Shown piece after piece: positions 10,290 to 16,805 of a DNA stretch of 32,000 nt. Within the stretch, counting starts at the first letter, position 1. Each line of letters begins with the position of its first letter. The notes below the pieces were generated by a model, which was not told the origin of the DNA, did no database searches, and saw only the letters and a list, made by a program, of their open reading frames with translations. The DNA comes from Faecalibaculum rodentium (GTDB lineage: Bacteria > Bacillota_I > Bacilli_A > Erysipelotrichales > Erysipelotrichaceae): positions 1,140,001 through 1,172,000 of the forward strand of contig NZ_CP011391.1 of assembly GCF_001564455.1 (NCBI RefSeq), written 5' to 3'. A program made the position numbers and the translations under genes.

Positions 10290-11678
10290 ATGGCAAATAC
10301 AGCAGCTGCATATGTCTGCAGTGAATGTGGCTATAAATCACTGCGGCCGCTGAATAGATGTCCCTATTGCAAGGAATTCGGCACCCTGCATCCGGAGGAA
10401 CCGGTCAGTCTGCCCTCTGCAACAGGCAGAGCACTGAAAAGAACCCACGACAAGGTGCAGTCTGTGCCCCTTGATCAGGTCCAGGCCACATCCAGGCAAA
10501 GATACAAAACCGGGATCCGGGAACTGGATACCGTTCTGGGTGGCGGACTGGTCAGCGACAGTGCTGTCCTGATCGGCGGGGATCCGGGTATTGGAAAATC
10601 AACGCTGCTCCTTCAGATCTGTGATGCAGTCGCGGCGCAGGCCAGAGTTTTGTATATATCGGCTGAAGAATCAGAGTCACAGATCCAGATGCGGGCTCAG
10701 AGGCTGGGAATTCGCCAGGACAGGATCTGGGTATGCTCAGAAAGCGACATAACCCGCATCGTTTCGGAGATTGACTTGCTGGATCCGGATGTCATCGTCA
10801 TGGACTCGGTCCAGACGGTTTATTCTCCGGACATTTCATCGGCTCCAGGCAGCGTAAACCAGGTACGGGAAGCAAGTGCACTGCTGACATCCCTGGCAAA
10901 AAAACGACATTCAGCGATCCTGATCGTAGGTCATGTGACCAAGGACGGGAGCCTGGCGGGTCCAAGGGTCCTGGAACATCTGGTGGATACTGTGTTGTAT
11001 TTTGAAGGAGAAAAGTATGATTCCCTGAGGATCCTCCGAGCACAGAAAAACCGGTTTGGATCCACCAATGAGGTCGGTGTTTTTGAAATGACAGAACAGG
11101 GATTCCGGGAGGTTGCAGATCCTTCCGGGGTGTTCCTGGATCATAGTCAGGATACAGCCGGATGCTGTGTCAGCTGTGTAACGGAAGGCAGCCGTGCGCT
11201 CCTGGCGGAAGTACAGGCGCTGGTAGCCGGTTCTGCTCTGGGTACCCCGCGGATTTCGTCGACAGGGCTGGACAGAGGCAGGCTTACACAGCTGATGGCT
11301 GTACTGGACCGAAAATGCGGATACAGAATCACAGGGTGTGATGTGTATACAAACGTAGTGGGCGGCATGAAACTGACTGATCCGTCCCTGGATCTGGCCA
11401 CAACGGCTGCACTGGTTTCCAGTGCAGACAACAGACCGGTTTCCAGGACCACAGTGGTCTGCGGCGAAATTTCTCTGACAGGGGAAGTCAGGATGGTGCC
11501 ACAGATCGAAAAGCGCCTCCAGGAGGCAAGGAAACTGGGATTCCGGGAATTTGTTCTGCCGGCAGGCAACTTCGAGTCCTTGCAGCAGCAGCCTGGGGGA
11601 TTGAATCGCTGGGAGGGTATCCGCCTTATTCCGGTCCGGACTGTCACAGAAGCCCTGCAGCATTTGTTCGGGACATAG
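10290..11678 (+). CDS. radA: DNA repair protein RadA/Sms
   Basis: N-terminal zinc ribbon CSECGY..CPYC. Walker A is GGDPGIGKSTLLLQ. The KNRFG motif and a Lon-like C-terminal domain are present. Confidence 0.95.
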   Translation: MANTAAAYVCSECGYKSLRPLNRCPYCKEFGTLHPEEPVSLPSATGRALKRTHDKVQSVPLDQVQATSRQRYKTGIRELDTVLGGGLVSDSAVLIGGDPGIGKSTLLLQICDAVAAQARVLYISAEESESQIQMRAQRLGIRQDRIWVCSESDITRIVSEIDLLDPDVIVMDSVQTVYSPDISSAPGSVNQVREASALLTSLAKKRHSAILIVGHVTKDGSLAGPRVLEHLVDTVLYFEGEKYDSLRILRAQKNRFGSTNEVGVFEMTEQGFREVADPSGVFLDHSQDTAGCCVSCVTEGSRALLAEVQALVAGSALGTPRISSTGLDRGRLTQLMAVLDRKCGYRITGCDVYTNVVGGMKLTDPSLDLATTAALVSSADNRPVSRTTVVCGEISLTGEVRMVPQIEKRLQEARKLGFREFVLPAGNFESLQQQPGGLNRWEGIRLIPVRTVTEALQHLFGT

Positions 11679-12104
11679 AATAGCCAGGAACAGAGATGAG
11701 ATTTGAGCGTTGTCTCAGCACCTGCATTTCCTGTCGACTTGTGTATCCTTTGAAACAGATGTCCTGTCTGATAAGCATGAGAGATCACCGTAATTGCCTG
11801 AAAAGTGCCGTTAATACTATAACAAATAATTGGTTCTGAGAGTTTTTGAAGGATTAAACCCGCAGGAATGGGCAAAAACACAGAATCTCGTGTCTCAAAA
11901 CGAGTAGGAACGGGAGTTTGTGAATTGTATGAGCATATCAGTACTTATAAACAAGCAGAATCAGTATGATGAAGATGCAAGAGATGAAAGGCGCAAGCCT
12001 CATTGGAAGCCACCTGTAAATGAATGAAAGGCAAAAGTGTTTCCTCAATATGTGGCTCAGGCACTGTCACGGTGTTCCTTGCTGGAAACAAAAGGTAATA
12101 ATCC

Positions 12105-12368
12105 ATGACAAAAGATGAAATGATTGCAAAACTGACTCCGGCTATCGGCGATACTGCTTACGGCAAAGCTGTTCTGGAAGTACTGGCTGACACATTCGAT
12201 GATGCTGACAAGAAATATGGTCAGGATGCTCTGGATCGCATCGACGACCGTCTTGGCTTCCTGAAGGGCTGGGAGAAGAAGCACGCTGCTCTGGGCGAAG
12301 ATGCCAAGGCTGCTGCTGAAGCTGACAAGATCGCCATCCTGGAAAAAGCTCAGGCTGCCCTGAAGTAA
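12105..12368 (+). CDS. Small acidic/alanine-rich hypothetical protein (87 aa)
   Basis: The ORF is followed directly by a strong terminator. Codon choice is biased to ctg/gct/gaa/aag. AAAGG lies 9 nt upstream of the ATG. No family was recognised. Confidence 0.6.
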   Translation: MTKDEMIAKLTPAIGDTAYGKAVLEVLADTFDDADKKYGQDALDRIDDRLGFLKGWEKKHAALGEDAKAAAEADKIAILEKAQAALK

Positions 12369-12380
12369 ATCAGATGAAAA

Positions 12381-12404
12381 AGACCGCTCAGGCGGTCTTT
12401 TTTA
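12381..12404 (+). terminator. Rho-independent terminator of the 87-aa gene
   Basis: The structure is agaccgc-tcag-gcggtct followed by TTTTTT. Confidence 0.85.
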
Positions 12405-12783
12405 GTGAGTGGTATTAAATTCTTGTTATCTTAAATATACAACGCGACAGGAGAGGGAAGTCCGTTTTCTCAAGCCGGCAGATAACAACGTGTCTGGTTT
12501 TGTGGTTGCTATCCTGCAATCCTGTGCGCACAGGCGCAGTTCTGAATTCTGTCCGTCCAAAACAGTTCCTCAGACCTTCACCATCTGATCTGCCGCGGAT
12601 TCATCGGTGATTGTTCACAAAGGCATATAGCCATGCGAGTATAGGCAACCAGTGGAAGGGCGAATGCAATGGAACAGGAATCGAAAGAGCGACGGAGGAC
12701 CTTCCGGAAGACCGCCTTGCAGGTGCTGAAGACCTCTCAATGATGAGACCTGTATACGCGTGTCAGAATGTATCGGGATATAT

Positions 12784-12914
12784 CGACTGCACAACAGACT
12801 TATGGACTGCTGATGAAGGCGGCAGACTGTTTCCTGGAAATGCAGCAAACGAAACAGGATGATGCAGACTGACTGTCTGGAGAATATTGCCTCGGCTGGA
12901 GCTCTTTCGACTGG
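12784..12914 (+). repeat. Phased array of six GACTG motifs, all in the same orientation
   Basis: GACTG starts at 12785, 12805, 12825, 12867, 12871 and 12909, giving offsets of 0, 20, 40, 82, 86 and 124. A random 5-mer is expected about once per kb per strand. Confidence 0.7.
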
Positions 12915-12933
12915 AAACCGGCTAAATAAACAA

Positions 12934-12977
12934 CCCATCCAATGTCCGGAAATGCATGGATTCGGACATTGGATGGG
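12934..12977 (-). terminator. Perfect 15-bp inverted repeat with a 14-nt loop, probably the terminator of the recombinase gene
   Basis: cccatccaatgtccg (12934-12948) pairs with cggacattggatggg (12963-12977). On the - strand it lies 37 nt after the recombinase stop and is followed by TTGTTTATTT. Confidence 0.6.
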
Positions 12978-13013
12978 AAAAGTGAACAGAATACACGTTT
13001 GGTGGAGGGTCAA

Positions 13014-14054
13014 TCACCTGGAATCTGGTGTCAGCTCATCGAAAATTGCGCGGGCAACCAGATCTTCGGCAGCATTTTGTTCGCGGTCGATATCATGAAC
13101 ATAAATCATGGTGGTGTTGATGTTTGCGTGACGAAGAACCTGCTGTACCTGTTCCACAGAAGCGCCGTTTTTCAAAGCCAGTGTTGCACTGGTATGACGC
13201 AGACTGTGAGCCGTCAGTCTGGAACTGTTCAAATCCGCCTTGACCAGCGCGTCCTTGCAGATCCGGCTGATGCTCCTGGTTGTCAGGCGCTCCCCGGAAT
13301 CCCGGTTGGAAACGGAAGCAAACAATGGATCCCGTGCCTGAAGGGGTCCCCGCATGCGGAGATACACCTTGAGACACTCCCAGGTTTCATCCGGGATCTT
13401 GACATACTGTCCCTTCTCGCTTTTTCCCTTGCCCTGCACATACAAAATACGGGAGTGTCCCTGTATCTGTATGTCTCCATAATCAGCACGACGTACCTCG
13501 ATGGTTCTCAGACCCGTCGTCATGATCAGAATCAGCAGTGCGCGGTTTCGCGCCCTGGTGAGCCGCTGACGTTCTCTGGCTGCTTCACTTTCATCAGGCG
13601 CCGGTTCATCTGTCTGTGTTTCAATGACCTGCGCACACTGCTCTTCATTCAGGTACCCCTTCCGAAATCCCGGCTCCAGTTTCATGGCCCGGATCCCCCG
13701 GGTGATGTCTTTTCGGATCCCGGCAGTTTCCAGAAATCTATAAAATGACTTGACAGCCCGCAGGTAATTGTTTACAGTCGTCGGCTGTTTTTCTCTGGCC
13801 AGTTCATCCCGGTACCGGATGATGTCTTCCCTGACGGGTTCTTCGATCCCCTGCCCACGGATCCATTGAGCAAATGATTTCAGCCACTGTGTATATTTTC
13901 TGCGTGAGTTTTCGGATACATCATTGTAAACCAGCCACTGATGACAGAGCCCGGAAATGATCTGCGGCTCAAACAGCCCCTTGTGCGGCACCATCCGTGT
14001 GTTTTCGACTGGCAGACTGCGCAGATTCTCTGTGGCTGTTACCGGTTCATTCAT
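13014..14054 (-). CDS. Tyrosine recombinase / phage-type integrase with a SAM-like N-terminal domain
   Basis: Catalytic signature is TGLR, then HSLRHT (HxxR), LRHANINTT and TMIYVH (Tyr). ATG 14054 overlaps the upstream SSB-like stop (cATGAATGA). Alternative starts are at 14066 and 14090 (TTG). Confidence 0.9.
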   Translation of the reverse strand: MNEPVTATENLRSLPVENTRMVPHKGLFEPQIISGLCHQWLVYNDVSENSRRKYTQWLKSFAQWIRGQGIEEPVREDIIRYRDELAREKQPTTVNNYLRAVKSFYRFLETAGIRKDITRGIRAMKLEPGFRKGYLNEEQCAQVIETQTDEPAPDESEAARERQRLTRARNRALLILIMTTGLRTIEVRRADYGDIQIQGHSRILYVQGKGKSEKGQYVKIPDETWECLKVYLRMRGPLQARDPLFASVSNRDSGERLTTRSISRICKDALVKADLNSSRLTAHSLRHTSATLALKNGASVEQVQQVLRHANINTTMIYVHDIDREQNAAEDLVARAIFDELTPDSR

Positions 14055-14391
14055 GTGATCTGACATCCAGACGCGAGAGATTGGCAGCAATCAGTGTTGT
14101 CAGCCAGGCCTCAGATCCGTCAGCACGCCGATACTGATGCGAGTGGATATAGCCTGTGCAGGCCACAAAGTCACCTGGTCTGCACTGTCGCAAAAGATCC
14201 ATGCATGTCTGGTCATACACCGTAACTTCCACCATCTCTGCATATTTTCCGGCATTCCCCTGTCTCTGTCGTTCTGTGGCCATCTGCCGGCTGCAGATGA
14301 GTACTGCAGTCAGGAACCGGTTGCCGTTCTTTGCGGTACGCTCAGCAGGCGGCTGATGCAGGATTCCAGCCACTGTGAATTCATCGATCAT
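14047..14391 (-). CDS. SSB-like OB-fold protein lacking an acidic C-terminal tail
   Basis: The strand pattern matches bacterial SSB: FTVAGIL..PAERTAKNGNRFLTAVLI, then VEVTVYDQ and GDFVACTGYIHSHQYRRADGSEAWLTTLIA. GAGGGGGG lies 10 nt upstream of the ATG. Confidence 0.6.
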   Translation of the reverse strand: MIDEFTVAGILHQPPAERTAKNGNRFLTAVLICSRQMATERQRQGNAGKYAEMVEVTVYDQTCMDLLRQCRPGDFVACTGYIHSHQYRRADGSEAWLTTLIAANLSRLDVRSHE

Positions 14392-14417
14392 CGTATCTCG
14401 ACCCCCCTCGAAGTGCA

Positions 14418-14454
14418 GGACACAGACTGTGTCCCTGACTGTTTAATCATACCA
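14418..14454 (-). promoter_or_regulatory. Putative extended -10 promoter and operator hairpin of the SSB-like/recombinase operon
   Basis: The - strand reads TGgTATGAT (14454-14446). The predicted start region overlaps GACTG at 14438-14442. The hairpin ggacaca-gac-tgtgtcc (14418-14434) carries a second GACTG at 14425-14429. Confidence 0.35.
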
Positions 14455-14545
14455 TACTGCCTTCACGGGCCAGTTTCATCGTTCAGCCTCTACGCCATCT
14501 ATAAATGCAAAAAGTGCTATTCTGTTCAGAGGGACATCGCGATTC

Positions 14546-14551
14546 TATAAT
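14546..14551 (+). promoter_or_regulatory. Candidate -10 box (TATAAT) placed 6 nt before the cysE ATG
   Basis: The sequence is tctTATAATagttacATG. There is no SD between the box and the start codon. Confidence 0.35.
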
Positions 14552-14557
14552 AGTTAC

Positions 14558-15238
14558 ATGAATAAGATTCAATTCGCTTTATCACAAATTAAATCGATCA
14601 AACAGCGTGATCCATCGTTGAAAAGCACCCTGGAAATCCTGTTTTTCCCCGGTTTTCGGGCTATGAATACCTGGTTTTCGGCTCACAAGCTCTATCTCAA
14701 GGGACATTACGCACTGGCCCGGTTTTTGTCCCTTAGGGCACAGCAGAAAACCGGAATCGATATCCATCCCGGTGCCCAGATCGGGACAGATTTTTTCATT
14801 GACCATGGCAGTGGTGTGGTGATTGGAGAGACCTGTATCATTGGCGATCATGTGACCCTGTATCAGGGCGTCACACTTGGAGCGACCGGCAAGACAACCG
14901 GCAATCGTCATCCAATCCTTCAGAACAACACGGTCATTGGCGCAGGAGCCAAAATCATTGGCCGGATCACCATTGGACACGATGCACGGATCGGAGCCGG
15001 TTCAGTGATCATTCGGGATGTACCGCCATACACCACCATGGTGCCTGCTCCGGCCAGGCCTGTCAGATACAGGAATCATAAACTGCCGGTTCTGACGGTG
15101 GAAAGACTGAACAGCCGGATGGAGGAAGAGCTTCGCTATATCCGCAATACAGAAGAACGGCTGGAACGAAAAATGCGTTGTCTGGAAAGAAAAAGACGTT
15201 CCACCCCCTGCAGGGAGCCGGAACGTCTCAGGCATTGA
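14558..15238 (+). CDS. cysE: Serine O-acetyltransferase
   Basis: Hexapeptide-repeat core DIHPGAQIGTDFFIDHGSGVVIGETCIIGDHVTLYQGVTLG. The N-terminal RDPSLKS..LEIL and the charged coiled C-terminal tail resemble Bacillus CysE. Confidence 0.9.
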   Translation: MNKIQFALSQIKSIKQRDPSLKSTLEILFFPGFRAMNTWFSAHKLYLKGHYALARFLSLRAQQKTGIDIHPGAQIGTDFFIDHGSGVVIGETCIIGDHVTLYQGVTLGATGKTTGNRHPILQNNTVIGAGAKIIGRITIGHDARIGAGSVIIRDVPPYTTMVPAPARPVRYRNHKLPVLTVERLNSRMEEELRYIRNTEERLERKMRCLERKRRSTPCREPERLRH

Positions 15239-15500
15239 CAGAGTCTCTGTTTCCTTCAGCTTCCCGTGCAGCATCAATGATCAGCAGCAAGGGACTCAGT
15301 TCTTCAATGACCTGAACAGAATGCAGAAATGCCGAAATATCATCCGGTTTGTCCACATGACAGACAGCCTGTTCCACATGCAGATGAGGCTGTCTTTTTT
15401 TTCGCACCGAAGGGCTGGTCAGATCCTGTGGATGGTCCATCCACAAAGCGATGTTCAGCCAGTGGAGGAATGTGGAAATGTCATTATCACGTGTTTTCAT
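15228..15500 (-). CDS. Hypothetical 90-aa protein (weak call)
   Basis: GAAAGG lies upstream of the ATG. The ORF overlaps the 3' end of convergent cysE by 11 nt and no terminator separates them. No family was recognised. Confidence 0.35.
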   Translation of the reverse strand: MKTRDNDISTFLHWLNIALWMDHPQDLTSPSVRKKRQPHLHVEQAVCHVDKPDDISAFLHSVQVIEELSPLLLIIDAAREAEGNRDSVNA

Positions 15501-15565
15501 TAGAACCTTTCACCAATCATATCAAAATGTTTCTATACAACTAGTATACTCTGGTCTTTGAAAAA

Positions 15566-16685
15566 CTTGATAGGCTACGAAGCTCAGTAAAGCTAAGCTG
15601 CAACCAGTTGTTTCTGGACGTCTTTAAAGTAGTCGATCATACCCTGCCGGGTCTGGTGAGCACCGCTGATTAGAGTTCTTCCCAGTGATGCAAAGATACT
15701 CTTTTTCTTCCATTTCCGGCGACTCAGTTTCCACTCGAAGTCTGCTAATTCGTTCTCCAGAAACTGCAGTGCGATCCCGTGTGCAGTCCCCTGTACCTTG
15801 CTTCTGAAGTTGGAAATGATGTGATCCAGAGAGGACAGATGATCTGTATCCACTTCGAACTTTTGGGCATCCACCAGTTTGCCGGCTATATCCAGAGCCA
15901 GGTTGGCCGAACTCCGGTCACAATGCACTACACAGTCACTGGGGACTTCTTCTTCCAGAAACTTCTTCAGTTCTGCCTTATTCTCGCTGTGAACGATTCT
16001 GAATTTGACAGCATCTGTGGCTTCGAATACTTCCTCATCACCATCCATGTCGTCCCAGACATAGTGTTTGATCACAGCTGCAGCCACATTGACTTTACCT
16101 TCTGCTCCCCATCCACGCTTTCCATGCTTCTTTCCGCCATAGGAAAAGACATCCAGTTCGATCGCATCGCAATCAACGGCTATGTGAGTTTCGTTGTCCT
16201 GCTTCTGAGCCTGTTTGATCTTGCGAAGCATGAGTTTTGTGGTGTGGTAGCTGACACCTGTCAGATCACTGATGTATTTGGCAGAAGTTCCCGTCTTGGA
16301 GATAACATAGGCGAACATCACGAGGATCCAGGAAAACAGAGGAGCCTTGGTGCTTTCCAGCGCTGTCCCGGCAGTGACAGATTCCTGATGACCACAGTGA
16401 GCGCACTGATAGACAGTTCTGAGAGAGCCGTTTTTTCGTACAACAGTCGTGTAGTGGGTATGACCGCACTTTGAGCACACAAAACCATCCTTCCACTTCA
16501 GATCAAAGAAGAAGCGTTCTGCGTCATGGGGGTCTGAATACTGGGCATGGATATCAGCAAAAGTCAGGTCTTTGAACAGCGATTTCTTGAACATAGGGTG
16601 CCTCTCTTCCTGATTCAAGTATCGCATTATTACTGGCGCTATTTATGCGTGATAAGCTATTAACTGAGCTTGGTAGTCTATCAAG
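15566..16685 (-). mobile_element. IS1595-family insertion sequence, complete
   Basis: Imperfect terminal inverted repeats of about 30 bp: cttgataggctacgaagctcagtaaagct at 15566, versus the reverse complement of 16655-16685, cttgatagactaccaagctcagttaatagct. The 8-bp direct repeat TTGAAAAA lies at 15558-15565 and 16686-16693. The element has a single transposase ORF. Confidence 0.85.
15593..16594 (-). CDS. IS1595-family transposase (N-terminal zinc ribbon plus DDE domain)
   Basis: Zinc ribbon CSKCGHTHY..CAHCGH followed by an ISXO2-like DDE region. ATG 16594 has AGAGAGG upstream. The ORF-track start is 16627. Confidence 0.8.
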   Translation of the reverse strand: MFKKSLFKDLTFADIHAQYSDPHDAERFFFDLKWKDGFVCSKCGHTHYTTVVRKNGSLRTVYQCAHCGHQESVTAGTALESTKAPLFSWILVMFAYVISKTGTSAKYISDLTGVSYHTTKLMLRKIKQAQKQDNETHIAVDCDAIELDVFSYGGKKHGKRGWGAEGKVNVAAAVIKHYVWDDMDGDEEVFEATDAVKFRIVHSENKAELKKFLEEEVPSDCVVHCDRSSANLALDIAGKLVDAQKFEVDTDHLSSLDHIISNFRSKVQGTAHGIALQFLENELADFEWKLSRRKWKKKSIFASLGRTLISGAHQTRQGMIDYFKDVQKQLVAA

Positions 16686-16805
16686 TTGAAAAAATTGAAA
16701 AATAAAGGCTCAATAATCAATGAAGAAAGTAAGCGACGTTAATTGCCCATATTAAAACAGGACTGATTCCCTGTACCATCATGGTATTGGGGACAGTCCT
16801 GTTTT

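Noticed and set aside
11832-11875. TPP (THI-box) riboswitch, suggested by GGTTCTGAGAG....AAACCC upstream of the 87-aa gene. The nearby GGCGCAAGCC and GGCAAAAG also recalled c-di-GMP-I motifs.
   Set aside because: The rest of the THI-box (CCTGATCTGGATAATGCCAGCG type) is absent. The c-di-GMP-like pieces are in the wrong order and lack the paired helices.
11147-11881. A 244-aa - strand ORF running from the radA-downstream spacer into radA.
   Set aside because: It overlaps 530 nt of the well-supported radA gene. It has no recognisable motifs and no SD.
12451-12812. RNase P RNA. GAGAGGGAAGTCCGT (12451-12465) resembles the P4 5' strand GAGGAAAGUCC. ACAGACTTATGGACT (12794-12808) could supply the ACAGA plus P4 3' strand, with a 7-bp AGTCCGT/ATGGACT pairing.
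   Set aside because: No P1-P3 helices precede the first motif. None of the other conserved regions I remember are present, including the GUGCCACAG type, the GGUAAACCCC type and the A/B-type specific helices. The 3' match overlaps the GACTG repeats, which explain it better.
12999-13009. The - strand reads ACCCTCCACCA just after the recombinase stop, resembling the 3' end of a tRNA or tmRNA (acceptor strand plus CCA). This hinted at integration into an RNA gene.
   Set aside because: No T-arm or other tRNA/tmRNA features precede it, because that sequence is the recombinase coding region. I found no intact tRNA or tmRNA anywhere in the window. An 11-nt resemblance is too weak.
12611-13013. An 83-aa ORF (+, 12611-12862) and a 132-aa ORF (-, 12615-13013) inside the ORF-free tract.
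   Set aside because: They overlap each other on opposite strands, have implausible composition and lack an SD. The - strand ORF runs through the recombinase terminator hairpin.
15060-15238. A charged coiled-coil C-terminal extension of CysE, considered as a possible fusion or read-through artefact.
   Set aside because: As I recall, Bacillus subtilis CysE carries a comparable charged C-terminal tail. The extension is therefore probably normal for the family.
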